Virus record (IMG/VR): IMGVR_UViG_3300048574_000519
Location: 1 to 60,699 of that record
Length of the DNA stretch: 60,699 nt
Direction: 5' to 3' (one strand)
Origin: a virus
Taxonomy: Duplodnaviria; Caudoviricetes
Shown: piece after piece, positions 32,739 through 42,007 of the stretch
Layout: each line of letters opens with the position of its first letter
Numbering within the stretch: position 1 is the stretch's first letter
Notes under the pieces: generated by a model
Database searches by the model: none
What the model saw: only the letters and a program-made list of their open reading frames with translations
What the model was told of the DNA's origin: nothing
Position numbers and translations under genes: made by a program

Positions 32739-34131
32739 GCATGTGGCGCGCCATCATCTCGCCCATCCGACCATTAGCCGCTAAGGCCGCGTACTGGAGC
32801 GCGTCGGCGATGTGCGAGTATTCATTCTTGTCGGGCTTCGGTTTGCGCACCCCACCCCGGGTCCGCGCGTAGCGGTAGCCGCCAGACATCGCGCGTACCA
32901 GTGTCGGGCAGCGCGCCCGGTCGAACACGATCGCCGGTCCGCCGTCCGCCTGCCGCAGCAAGAGCGTCTCCACGGCGCGCAGCCGCGGGTCGATGTCGTT
33001 GGTGGGGGCAGGGAAGGCGGCGAAGCCGAGACGCTTCAGGGCCTCGAAGCTGGTCTCTTCGTAGATTGAGCCTTTGGCGATGCCAGCCGGGTCACCGACC
33101 ACGGCGATCGGCCGGCCGAAGTAGCGCTCGTTCATGAGCACAGGGCGCAGAGCTCCCACCACATGGAGCTCGAGACCGATGTCCTCGGCGTTGACTTCTT
33201 CGAGGACGAGAAGTCTTCCCTTGTGGTCAACCTGGGTGATCACGCTGCCCGGGTCACGCCCGAAGTCCTGGCCGATGATGAGCGGGCGCCCGACGACGGG
33301 CATTAGGTTGTCGACGACGTGGAAGCTCGGCTTGAAGCTAGCGCGGAACACGGCTGTGCCGCTTGGGTCGTCGCCGTAGAGCGCGTTGACGTAGCGGTTG
33401 ATCCAGTCTTGGCCGCGGCCGCGCGCCAGGCGCTCGTAATATTTGCGCCCCTGGGCGATGCGCTCGGGGCTGTCGACCGGCAGCTTGATCGTGTCCGCGG
33501 TCTGGACGAGCCACTCCAGGTTCTCCGCCTGCGGCGTCAGGCCGCCCGGCTGGACGAAGATCTGGGCGTCGGGCGGAATGTCGACGTCCATGATCTTGTG
33601 CCAATCGGAACCCTCCGACGGCATGTTGGTGTCGGCGATGATGCCGTGCCAAGTCGGGTTGCCCTGGGCCGCCGTTGGATAGCGTCCACAGCGGCCGCTC
33701 AGAGGCGCTATGAGGCCGACGTCCATTTCGATGGCCTCGGACATCCAGGCGCCAGTCAACTGCATGGAGAGCAGCCGGCGCTGATCCTCGGGGGTCTCCA
33801 GAGGGATCAGGATCCACTCGGACTGCACGTCGCCGATGTTGATGTAGACCGTGCTCTCGCTGACCTTGTAGCGGCACACGCCCTTGAGCCAGTGCTCGAT
33901 GTCCTTGAGCACCGTGTCCTTGAGCTGCTTCAGGGTCTGGCGCACCACGGCGAAGCGCGTGTGCCGAATGCCGTCGGAGCCTGGAGCTTGTTCACAGGCT
34001 CGCCTGAACAATTCAAAGATGCACGCGGTCGTCTTTCCGGATCCGACCGGCCCGGCGATCACACGAAAGAACGCCGCGCTCTGCATGAAGCGCGCACATG
34101 TCGGCGTCGCTGTGTAGGTGATCGCGGTCAT
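32686..34131 (-). CDS. terL: Terminase large subunit
   Basis: GPVGSGKTT Walker A, WMSE Walker B, DTNMP, GQDFG nuclease, SHIADALQY. Confidence 0.92.
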   Translation of the reverse strand: MTAITYTATPTCARFMQSAAFFRVIAGPVGSGKTTACIFELFRRACEQAPGSDGIRHTRFAVVRQTLKQLKDTVLKDIEHWLKGVCRYKVSESTVYINIGDVQSEWILIPLETPEDQRRLLSMQLTGAWMSEAIEMDVGLIAPLSGRCGRYPTAAQGNPTWHGIIADTNMPSEGSDWHKIMDVDIPPDAQIFVQPGGLTPQAENLEWLVQTADTIKLPVDSPERIAQGRKYYERLARGRGQDWINRYVNALYGDDPSGTAVFRASFKPSFHVVDNLMPVVGRPLIIGQDFGRDPGSVITQVDHKGRLLVLEEVNAEDIGLELHVVGALRPVLMNERYFGRPIAVVGDPAGIAKGSIYEETSFEALKRLGFAAFPAPTNDIDPRLRAVETLLLRQADGGPAIVFDRARCPTLVRAMSGGYRYARTRGGVRKPKPDKNEYSHIADALQYAALAANGRMGEMMARHMLTRRRVTGPKVTAKGWT

Positions 34132-34604
34132 TGCGCCGTATCCACGGCGTCAATGGTGAGTGGCGCGTCTTTCTCGAACCTGAGTTGGGTCGCGCCGCCG
34201 ATGTTCAGCGTGAAGGTGAACTTCTCACCTGTCGGACCATCGGACGCCCGCTCGCCAATCCCCGCGACGCGGGCGACCAGCTTGGCGAGCTCGGTGCGCG
34301 CCGGCATGCCCTGAGTGGTGTCGTGCAGGAGCTTGAATGCTTCGGGCAGCCACTCCTCAAACATGGCCGCCGACTTCAGGCGCACCCGGTCATGGGTGTT
34401 CGCCGCCGCGTTCCAGGCTTCGATTTCGCTGTTCAGGAGGCGGAGGAAATGGGGGTTGGTCTGTATTAAAGACCACTGTTCGAGGGTGACTTGATAGTTT
34501 TTAAGTATAGTTTCGAGTGGGTTTAAGTCAATGGCGATTTCGCGCGCCAGACCCAACAGTGTCCGATCAGAATTGACTGCGGTAACGACTTCGTTCGGCG
34601 CCAT
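34128..34604 (-). CDS. terS: Putative terminase small subunit
   Basis: 158-aa helical protein coupled directly upstream of terL, with a C-terminal beta strand FTFTLNIG. Confidence 0.65.
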   Translation of the reverse strand: MAPNEVVTAVNSDRTLLGLAREIAIDLNPLETILKNYQVTLEQWSLIQTNPHFLRLLNSEIEAWNAAANTHDRVRLKSAAMFEEWLPEAFKLLHDTTQGMPARTELAKLVARVAGIGERASDGPTGEKFTFTLNIGGATQLRFEKDAPLTIDAVDTAQ

Positions 34605-34666
34605 TGTAACTTTCTAGATACTTATCAATGACTTGCGCTGACGACGTCTATACTGTACGCGGAGAC

Positions 34667-36727
34667 ATGGCAAATGTCCTGCCGGCCCAGGGCGTGCTCC
34701 GTGTGGTGTCGCCCACCGAACTCGATGAAATGACGAAGGCGAAGGACGCGGCAGACGCAGCCGCGGCAACGCCGGCGGTGGCTGTTGCCTCGAACCTCGC
34801 GTCGTTCATCCGCACGCAATTCGAGATGATGCGGACGCACCGCAATTCGGCGTCCGGCTGGTCCGAGCGTCTGCTGGTGGCGATGCGCGCCTTCAACGGG
34901 CAGTACGACGCTCTGAAGCTCTCCGAGATCAAAAAGTTCGGTGGCTCCGACGTCTATGCGCGCCTGATCGCGATGAAGTGCCGCGGCGCCAGCGCCCTGC
35001 TGCGTGACGTCTATCTCTCGCCAGACCGCCCTTGGGGACTTGCGCCCCCGGCCGACCCCGACGTCTCGCCTGAAATCCAGAAGGCAGTCGGGGACCTCCT
35101 CAACATCGAGATCCAGACGGCGCAGAGCGCGGGCCAGCCGGCGAACCCGAGTGTCATCCGTGACCGCGCGAACCAGCTGATGGACGGCGCCCGCCTCGCC
35201 GCCAAGAAGAACGCCCAACGCCGCGCCAAACTGTCCGAGGACAAGATCGAGGAGATCCTTGGCGAAGGCGCGTTCTACCGGGCGCTCGCCGAATTCCTCG
35301 TCGACCTACCGCTGTTCCCATTCGCCTGCGTCAAAGGCCCGGTGGTGCGCATCGTGCCGAAGGTGTCTTGGCGTGGCGGGCAGCCGAACATCGAGCAGGT
35401 ACCGCGGCTGTTCTGGTATCGCGTCTCGCCGTTCGACCTCTACTGGACGCCCGGCGCCTCCGATATCGAGGACGCCTCAGTCATCGAACGCACGCGCGTC
35501 TCCCGTGCCGACCTCAACGATCTGCTGGATCTGCCCGGGTACAATGTCGAGGAAATCCGCGCCGTGTTGCGCGAGTACGGCAGTGGCGGCCTGTCTGACA
35601 ACTGGGACGCCACCGATGCCGAGCGGGCCCAACTCGAGTCCCGCGAGAACCCGACCTGGAACCGGTCGGGGCTGATCAGTTGCCTGGAGTTCCACGGCAA
35701 CATCCAAGGCCAGGCGCTGCTCGACTACGGCATGCCGGTCGAGCAGATCCCCGACGAGTTGCGCGACTACATGGTCCAGGCGTGGCTCATCGGCGGCCAC
35801 GTCATCAAGGTGCAGATGGCGCCGAGCCCGCGCAAGCGGCACCCGTATTACGTCACCAGCTTCGAGAAAGTGCCCGGCACTCCCGTGGGCAACGCCTTGC
35901 CGGATCTGCTCTCGGACATCTCCGAAGTCTGCAATGCGACACTGCGGACCCTGGTGAACAATCTCTCGATCTCGTCCGGGCCGCAGGTCGTCGTCAATGA
36001 CGACCGGCTGTCCGATGGCGAGGACGGCGAGGACCTGTATCCGTGGAAACGCTGGCATGTGAAGTCCGACCCGATCGCCAGCAACACGCAAGAGCCGGTC
36101 AGCTTCTTCCAGCCGGTGTCGAACGCCCAGGAATTGCTGGCGGTCTACGAGAAGTTCGTCACCATTGCCGACGAGCTGAGCGCGATCCCGCGGTACATGT
36201 CAGGCGGTTCACCCGGCAGCGGTGCCGGCCGCACATCCAGCGGCTTGGCGATGTTGATGGGCAACGCCTCCAAGATCCTCCAGACGGTGGCCGCGAATGT
36301 CGACCGCGACGTGATCGAGCAGGGGCTGCTTGGCCTCGTCGACATGATCATGCTGACGGACACCACTGGGATGCTCTCGGGTGACGAGACGGTCCGAGTG
36401 ATGGGCGTCAACGTCGCTGTCCAGCGTGAGACCCAGCGCGCCCGGCAGCTTGAGTTCTTGCAGGCCACCGCCAACCCGATGGACGCCCAGATCATGGGGC
36501 CGAAGGGGCGTGCCACGGTGCTGCGCACGGTCTCCCAGACGATCGGTATTCAGGGCGAGGAGATTGTTCCCTCCGCCGAAGACCTCGAAGCACAGCAACA
36601 GGCGCACCAAGCCGTGCCGCCAGGGCCGCTCCAGGAGGCCGGCGCGAAGGCGCAGGGCGGCCGGGAGGGAGCGAACTCCACCGGGGATATGGGCCCGCGA
36701 ACCAACATCAATGGCGGTGCCGGCTGA
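34667..36727 (+). CDS. Portal protein
   Basis: 686 aa; RVSPFDLYW and NNLSISSGPQV; head-module position; GGAG RBS. Confidence 0.82.
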   Translation: MANVLPAQGVLRVVSPTELDEMTKAKDAADAAAATPAVAVASNLASFIRTQFEMMRTHRNSASGWSERLLVAMRAFNGQYDALKLSEIKKFGGSDVYARLIAMKCRGASALLRDVYLSPDRPWGLAPPADPDVSPEIQKAVGDLLNIEIQTAQSAGQPANPSVIRDRANQLMDGARLAAKKNAQRRAKLSEDKIEEILGEGAFYRALAEFLVDLPLFPFACVKGPVVRIVPKVSWRGGQPNIEQVPRLFWYRVSPFDLYWTPGASDIEDASVIERTRVSRADLNDLLDLPGYNVEEIRAVLREYGSGGLSDNWDATDAERAQLESRENPTWNRSGLISCLEFHGNIQGQALLDYGMPVEQIPDELRDYMVQAWLIGGHVIKVQMAPSPRKRHPYYVTSFEKVPGTPVGNALPDLLSDISEVCNATLRTLVNNLSISSGPQVVVNDDRLSDGEDGEDLYPWKRWHVKSDPIASNTQEPVSFFQPVSNAQELLAVYEKFVTIADELSAIPRYMSGGSPGSGAGRTSSGLAMLMGNASKILQTVAANVDRDVIEQGLLGLVDMIMLTDTTGMLSGDETVRVMGVNVAVQRETQRARQLEFLQATANPMDAQIMGPKGRATVLRTVSQTIGIQGEEIVPSAEDLEAQQQAHQAVPPGPLQEAGAKAQGGREGANSTGDMGPRTNINGGAG

Positions 36728-36764
36728 TCGGCCCCAGCGGCGCACCAACACGAAGGAAAATCAG

Positions 36765-36977
36765 ATGGCGTCCTCCAAATTGAAGACCTCGAAGGCTGGC
36801 TCGTTCGCCAAGGGCGGCTCGGGTCACATGTTCGGCAAGCAGTCGGCCGGCCCGCAGAAGTCGGGCACGACCGGCAAGGTCGGTTTTGGTGGCGGCAAGT
36901 TCGCCAAGGGCGGCTCGGGGCACATGTTCGGCAAGCAGTCGGCCGGGCCGCGCAAGGCCGGTGTCACCGGCAAGTAA
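36765..36977 (+). CDS. Small basic G/K-rich protein with an internal duplication
   Basis: FAKGGSGHMFGKQSAGP occurs twice; AAGGA RBS. Confidence 0.75.
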   Translation: MASSKLKTSKAGSFAKGGSGHMFGKQSAGPQKSGTTGKVGFGGGKFAKGGSGHMFGKQSAGPRKAGVTGK

Positions 36978-37033
36978 CCAACTGACGGCCTCGACTGATC
37001 CAGTGAGGCCCACGACTGAAGGGAGACACGGAT

Positions 37034-37411
37034 ATGTCGGGCAAGAATATTGGCGCGATCGACGAGAGCATGATCAGCGCCTGTATCGAAGCGATCCAGA
37101 ACGGCAACTTCTACGCTCTGGGCGCCGTCACGGCGAAGGCCGGCGGCGGCCAGGCCGCAGCGACGCAGCTCCAAGCGTTCTTCAACCGCGTCACCGTCGT
37201 CGCCACCGCCGACGACAGCGTCAAGCTGCCAGCCGGCCAGACGGTGACCGTGGTGACGAACGCCTCCGCGGCTTCGCTGAATGTCTTCCCGCCCACCGGC
37301 GGGGTGATCAACGCGATCGCGGCGGACGGCGCCTACGCGATTGCTGCCGGCAAGACGGCGGCGTTCTTCCAGTCGACCGCCGGTTATTGGAACACGCTTC
37401 TGACGGCGTAA
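37034..37411 (+). CDS. Putative virion structural or decoration protein
   Basis: Ala/Gly/Thr-rich beta protein in the head module. Confidence 0.65.
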   Translation: MSGKNIGAIDESMISACIEAIQNGNFYALGAVTAKAGGGQAAATQLQAFFNRVTVVATADDSVKLPAGQTVTVVTNASAASLNVFPPTGGVINAIAADGAYAIAAGKTAAFFQSTAGYWNTLLTA

Positions 37412-37461
37412 GGAACACGGACGTGCGCGGCAAGCTGACGACCAAATTCGGCAGTACCAAG

Positions 37462-37632
37462 ATGGCGAAGCCGAGAGCGAAAGCCTCGAACGCCAGCATG
37501 TTCGCGCACGTCTCTGCTCCACGTCAGAAGGCGCTCCAAACTCGCGTCTACACGAAGTCCACCGCCAAGGAAGATCCGACGAAGTTCGCGGATTTTGGCT
37601 TCGGGGACACGGGCCTGACGGGGGAGTCGTGA
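37462..37632 (+). CDS. Small hypothetical protein
   Basis: 56-aa ORF coupled to the next gene. Confidence 0.5.
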   Translation: MAKPRAKASNASMFAHVSAPRQKALQTRVYTKSTAKEDPTKFADFGFGDTGLTGES

Positions 37633-37832
37633 TGAAGGGCATCATCGGGAAAACCAAGGTCTTCAACAAGGGCAAGGGCTCCAAATCGGAGATGCTCCCC
37701 AGCCGCTCCGCCATGACACAGCTCACCCGGGGCGACCCTGCGCAACGGACGATTGGCCAGTATGCCAAGAAGACGCCTTCGATGTACGGCGCTTCGGCGG
37801 CCTATGCGCGTTGCGGCGGGAAGATCCGATGA
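37629..37832 (+). CDS. Small basic hypothetical protein
   Basis: GGAG RBS; coupled overlaps at both ends. Confidence 0.6.
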   Translation: MMKGIIGKTKVFNKGKGSKSEMLPSRSAMTQLTRGDPAQRTIGQYAKKTPSMYGASAAYARCGGKIR

Positions 37833-38074
37833 GTCCGACCGACGCCCAGGTGAAGGCATTCGCCGCGCTTGCGCGCCGCGCGCCACAAGAATGGCAGGAG
37901 TTTCTATCGGCGGTCCGCACCTACACCGAGGCGGCGCGCACCGTGTGTGTCCAGGCGCCGGCCGCCGAACTGCCGGCGATGCAAGGCCGTGCCCAACAGA
38001 GCATGGCGTTCCTCCAGATGTTCGAGACGGCGCTGGTCACCGCGGACCGCATCGAACGCAAGCAGACGCGGTGA
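37829..38074 (+). CDS. Hypothetical head-module protein
   Basis: 81 aa, helical, QGRAQ motif; lies between portal and scaffold. Confidence 0.65.
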   Translation: MSPTDAQVKAFAALARRAPQEWQEFLSAVRTYTEAARTVCVQAPAAELPAMQGRAQQSMAFLQMFETALVTADRIERKQTR

Positions 38075-38090
38075 CCAAGGAGAAATTGCT

Positions 38091-38513
38091 ATGACGCGCT
38101 TCGTGTCCAACATCACCGACCTCAACCACGCCGCCGCCAAGCTGGCCGATTTCATCGTCCAGGCGGTTAAGCGGACGATCGCGGCCAAGACAGCGGCCAC
38201 GGCTACGCTCACCGCCGCCGAGATGATCAACGGCATCGTCCGTCAGTCCGGTACGATCGGCGCCCAGAACACGTCCACAGCCACGGCGGCCGCGCTCGTC
38301 GCCGTGATCGAGAACTGCCAGGTGGGTAGCTCGTTCGAGTTCATCCTTATGAACACAAGCGACAACACCACGACCATCACCGCCGGCGCCGGTGTCACAT
38401 TGGTCGGCACGGTCGCTGTCCCCACCAACAAGACGCAGATTTACCGCGGCGTCGTCACCGCTGTCGACACGCCGGCCGTGTCGCTGGTCGGCCTCCTCTA
38501 CGCGCCGGCGTAG
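38091..38513 (+). CDS. Putative capsid decoration or structural protein
   Basis: AAGGAG RBS; ATLTAAE..NGI and TITAGAGVTLVG motifs. Confidence 0.65.
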   Translation: MTRFVSNITDLNHAAAKLADFIVQAVKRTIAAKTAATATLTAAEMINGIVRQSGTIGAQNTSTATAAALVAVIENCQVGSSFEFILMNTSDNTTTITAGAGVTLVGTVAVPTNKTQIYRGVVTAVDTPAVSLVGLLYAPA

Positions 38514-38614
38514 CTACTACACGGGCCAGCCGACCACTGGCCCGTGGCAAAGCCTAACCACCCACACGCCCGTGCCGGGGAATGATCCAACGCACGTGCA
38601 CCACTGGAGTTGTT

Positions 38615-39643
38615 ATGAAAGCCAACGACAAGGATTTCGACCCTGACGTCGTCGTCCCGGCCGCCGTGAAGGCCGCCGCTGCGCGAGCTGACGCAGTGTT
38701 CAATGCGACCTACAAGAAAGACGCCACGGCCGCCGAGCCTGTTGCGGTTGAAGCGCCGGCTGCCCCGCTGGCTCCCGCGCCCGCAGCCGCGGAAGCGCCG
38801 CCCGCCACGCCGATGGCTACCCCCGAGGTAACGCCGCCGAAGCCGGACGACGTCACCTTCGAGCACAAATACAACTCGATGAAGGGCCGGCACGACCGTC
38901 TCGTGGCGCAAGTCCAGGCCATGAGCGGCACCATCGCGAATTTGGAGCGCGTGATCGCAACCATGCAGCCGGCCACGCCGGTGCCGGCCACGCCCGAACT
39001 CGCGCCCGAGCGCCTCATCACCACTGAGGAGGAGGCGGATTACGGTGCCGACCTGCTGAAAGTGGTGGGAAAGAAGGCCAAAGACGAACTGAACCCGGAG
39101 CTGAACGCCCTCAAGTCGAAAATCACGGATTTGGAGGGGAGGATCAGTAACGTCGGCGGTTACGTCGCCAAGTCGGCCAGGGAAAGTATGGAGTCGTCGC
39201 TAGACGAGCAGTGCCCGACTTGGCGAGAAGTGAATTTCATGCCGGAATTCAAGGAATGGCTCCAGTTGCCAGACCTTTATTCTGGTGCTATACGGCATTC
39301 GTTACTCAAGGCCGCCTACGAGCAGAACAACACTCCTCGGACGCTGGCCTTCTTCAAGGGCTTCCTCGCTGAAGAGGCTGCCACGGCCCCCGCGGGCCAA
39401 CAGCCAGACCTGAGCGCAGCGCCTCCCGCGCCGGCCAAGGTCTCGCTCGAAAGTCTCGCGGCACCCGGCAGAGCCAAGACAGCCGCGGCCACCACCCCGA
39501 CTGAGAAGCCGACCTTCACGCGCCCCGACATTGCGAAGTTCTACGTCGACGTTCGCGCGGGCAAGTACCGCGGGAAAGAGGCGGAGAAAGACGCCTTCGA
39601 ACGGCAGATCTTCGCTGCGCAAGCGGAGGGGCGCATCCGGTAA
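38615..39643 (+). CDS. Scaffolding protein
   Basis: A/P-rich, coiled coil, ends IFAAQAEGRIR, immediately upstream of the capsid gene. Confidence 0.75.
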   Translation: MKANDKDFDPDVVVPAAVKAAAARADAVFNATYKKDATAAEPVAVEAPAAPLAPAPAAAEAPPATPMATPEVTPPKPDDVTFEHKYNSMKGRHDRLVAQVQAMSGTIANLERVIATMQPATPVPATPELAPERLITTEEEADYGADLLKVVGKKAKDELNPELNALKSKITDLEGRISNVGGYVAKSARESMESSLDEQCPTWREVNFMPEFKEWLQLPDLYSGAIRHSLLKAAYEQNNTPRTLAFFKGFLAEEAATAPAGQQPDLSAAPPAPAKVSLESLAAPGRAKTAAATTPTEKPTFTRPDIAKFYVDVRAGKYRGKEAEKDAFERQIFAAQAEGRIR

Positions 39644-39665
39644 TCCCTTTTGAGGGCATTCTCAG

Positions 39666-40673
39666 ATGTCGACCTATACCCAAGGCATGACCATTGCGAG
39701 CGCGGGCTCCACTCCCGCGCTCTACCCGGTCGGCGGCACGGCCAACACTCTCGGCGCCACTGGTTTCATCCCGGAAATCTGGTCGGGCAAGCTGATCGAG
39801 AAGTTCTACGCGAGCACCGTCCTCGCGGCGATCTCGAACACCGACTACGAAGGCGAAATCAAGAACCAGGGCGACAAGGTCAACATCCGGACCAAGCCCA
39901 CGATCACCATCCGGGACTATCTCCCCGACGGCTCGCTGGCTCTCGACCGGCCGTCCGGCAACATGGTCACTCTGACCATCGACTCCGGCAAATACTTCAA
40001 CACCATCCTCGACGACGTCATGGATGTGCAGAGCGACCTCAATCTGCTCAGCATGTGGTCCGACGACGCCGCCGAGCAGATCAAGATCGTCATCGACACG
40101 AGTGTCCTGAAGGGTCTCATCGACACCCCGACCGCGACCGTCAACCGGGGCGCCACCGCCGGCAAGATCTCCGCCGGCATCAACCTCGGTGTGACTTCCA
40201 CGGGCCCACTCGCCGTCGTGGCGAACTCGCCCTCGGCCGGCCAGGTCGACGTTCTCGATGTGCTGCTTCGTCTCGGCCAGGTGCTCGACGAGCAGAACAT
40301 CCCCGAGACCGGCCGCTGGGTCGTCGTGCCGACGTGGTTCGCCACGTTGATCAAGCGTTCCGAGCTGCGCCAGGCGTATCTGAGCGGCGACGGCGTTTCG
40401 ATCCTGCGCAACGGCCGCCTCGGCATGGTGGACCGCTTCACCATCTACACCAGCAACCTCCTGCCCACGGGCACGGTTGGTGGCCTCGCCGCCGGCGAGT
40501 TCGGTGTCTTCGCCGGGCACCCGCATGCTCTGACGTTCGCGTCCCAGATCTCCAAGGTCGAGACGCTGCGTTCCGAGCAGACCTTCGGCAACATCCTGCG
40601 CGGTCTCCAGGTCTACGGGTACAAGGTGCTCGACGGCTCGGCGATCACCCAGGCGGTCGTCACGAAGGCGTAA
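39666..40673 (+). CDS. Major capsid protein
   Basis: FIPEIWSGKL, NTDYEGEIKNQGDKVNI and RGLQVYGYKV motifs. Confidence 0.9.
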   Translation: MSTYTQGMTIASAGSTPALYPVGGTANTLGATGFIPEIWSGKLIEKFYASTVLAAISNTDYEGEIKNQGDKVNIRTKPTITIRDYLPDGSLALDRPSGNMVTLTIDSGKYFNTILDDVMDVQSDLNLLSMWSDDAAEQIKIVIDTSVLKGLIDTPTATVNRGATAGKISAGINLGVTSTGPLAVVANSPSAGQVDVLDVLLRLGQVLDEQNIPETGRWVVVPTWFATLIKRSELRQAYLSGDGVSILRNGRLGMVDRFTIYTSNLLPTGTVGGLAAGEFGVFAGHPHALTFASQISKVETLRSEQTFGNILRGLQVYGYKVLDGSAITQAVVTKA

Positions 40674-40679
40674 GTGTAC

Positions 40680-40703
40680 GGGGCTCCGGATATCCGGAGC
40701 CCC
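40680..40703 (+). terminator. Perfect hairpin after the capsid gene (terminator or stabiliser)
   Basis: GGGGCTCCGGAT-ATCCGGAGCCCC is a perfect inverted repeat; no U-tract. Confidence 0.55.
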
Positions 40704-40726
40704 AACCTCCTACTTGAGGGCTGGTG

Positions 40727-41071
40727 ATGGCTGCGCTCGCGCTCGTCTCCGATTATCTGGCCGACGCGCGGGTGCTCCTCCAGGACCTGATCCCGCCGTA
40801 CCGGTATCCCGACGCGGATCTCGTCGCGGCGCTCAACCGCTGCGTTCTGGAGGCGCGCCGCATTCGCCCCGACTTGTTCTTGGCGCGCTTCTCGGCGCTG
40901 CCGAGCTACTCCACAGGGAACACCGCCGCCCCGGTCGTGATCGACGACCAGTACCGGGCGGCGTTCCTCTATTACATCGTCGGTATGGCGCAGCTTCGCG
41001 ACGACGAGAGCACGACCGACGCGCGCGCCGCCGGCTTTCTCAGCATGTTCACCAACCAGCTCACGGGTTAG
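40727..41071 (+). CDS. Head-tail adaptor-like protein
   Basis: ARVLLQD...RY.DADLVAALN....RRIRPD pattern; follows the capsid gene. Confidence 0.7.
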   Translation: MAALALVSDYLADARVLLQDLIPPYRYPDADLVAALNRCVLEARRIRPDLFLARFSALPSYSTGNTAAPVVIDDQYRAAFLYYIVGMAQLRDDESTTDARAAGFLSMFTNQLTG

Positions 41072-41074
41072 GAA

Positions 41075-41671
41075 GTGGCAAACGCGGACATTACGCGGCT
41101 GATGGACAACGCCCGCACCCGCGTGCCGGGCGCCTTGGACACTGCGCTCCAGATGGAGCTGTTCAACACCCTCACCGAGTTCTTTCAGCAATCGGATGTC
41201 TGGCAGGAGGAGATCGCCGTGGCGGTCGCCCCCGGCGGAAGAACCTATGACCTGTCCCCAGCCGATCCAGGACAAATCAACCGGCTCATGGGTGTAGTTA
41301 CCGCCGCCGGCCATCCGGTACGCGCCGCCATGGGCATTCCTGGCACGCTGGTCCTCGCTAGCGAACCATCAAACGAAGAGACCTACACGGCGACTGTCGC
41401 GATGACCGTCGTCGACCCCGTCAAGACAGACGGCTACCCGAAATTCCCCGACTGGGTGCTCACCAAATATGGGCTGAAGCTGACCGACGGTGTCATCGGC
41501 AAGATGATGTCGCAACAGAAAAAGCCCTACACCAACAACCAGCTCGCGATCTTCCACCTGAAGAAATTCCAGTCGGCGATCTCTCAGGCGCGCACTGATA
41601 GCCGTCACCAAAACCTCTTCGCCGCCCAGCGCTGGCGGTTCCCTCGAACATTCGCGATAGGGGGCAAGTAA
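41075..41671 (+). CDS. Adaptor or tail tubular protein A-like
   Basis: EFFQQSDVW and GKMMSQQKKPYTN; position and size. Confidence 0.65.
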   Translation: MANADITRLMDNARTRVPGALDTALQMELFNTLTEFFQQSDVWQEEIAVAVAPGGRTYDLSPADPGQINRLMGVVTAAGHPVRAAMGIPGTLVLASEPSNEETYTATVAMTVVDPVKTDGYPKFPDWVLTKYGLKLTDGVIGKMMSQQKKPYTNNQLAIFHLKKFQSAISQARTDSRHQNLFAAQRWRFPRTFAIGGK

Positions 41672-42007
41672 ATGGCGGCGTATCAGGGAACCCTCTACTC
41701 ACAGAAATTTCGTGCCGTCAGGGCAAGTGACGGCACGCCGGTCGACCTGACCGGGTGGCAGCTGAAGTCGGAGTTTCGCACCCAGGTCGCGAGCGTGGAA
41801 GTTCTGTTCACGGCAACCACCGAGAACGGTGGATGGGTCATCACAGAGCCGACAGCTGGGGTGTTCACACTCAATATCGCCCCTGAGCAGACCGCCCCCC
41901 TGCCGGTGGGGGCCGTCGTGTTCGACGTGCTCCGGACGGATCCGGCGAACGGGCCGGTTTATTGGTTCGCCGCGAAGCTCAAGGTCAAACAACCGGTGAC
42001 ACGATGA
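41672..42007 (+). CDS. BppU-like Ig-fold tail protein
   Basis: PVDLTGW...GVFTLNIAPEQTAPL..G..VFDV. Confidence 0.65.
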   Translation: MAAYQGTLYSQKFRAVRASDGTPVDLTGWQLKSEFRTQVASVEVLFTATTENGGWVITEPTAGVFTLNIAPEQTAPLPVGAVVFDVLRTDPANGPVYWFAAKLKVKQPVTR

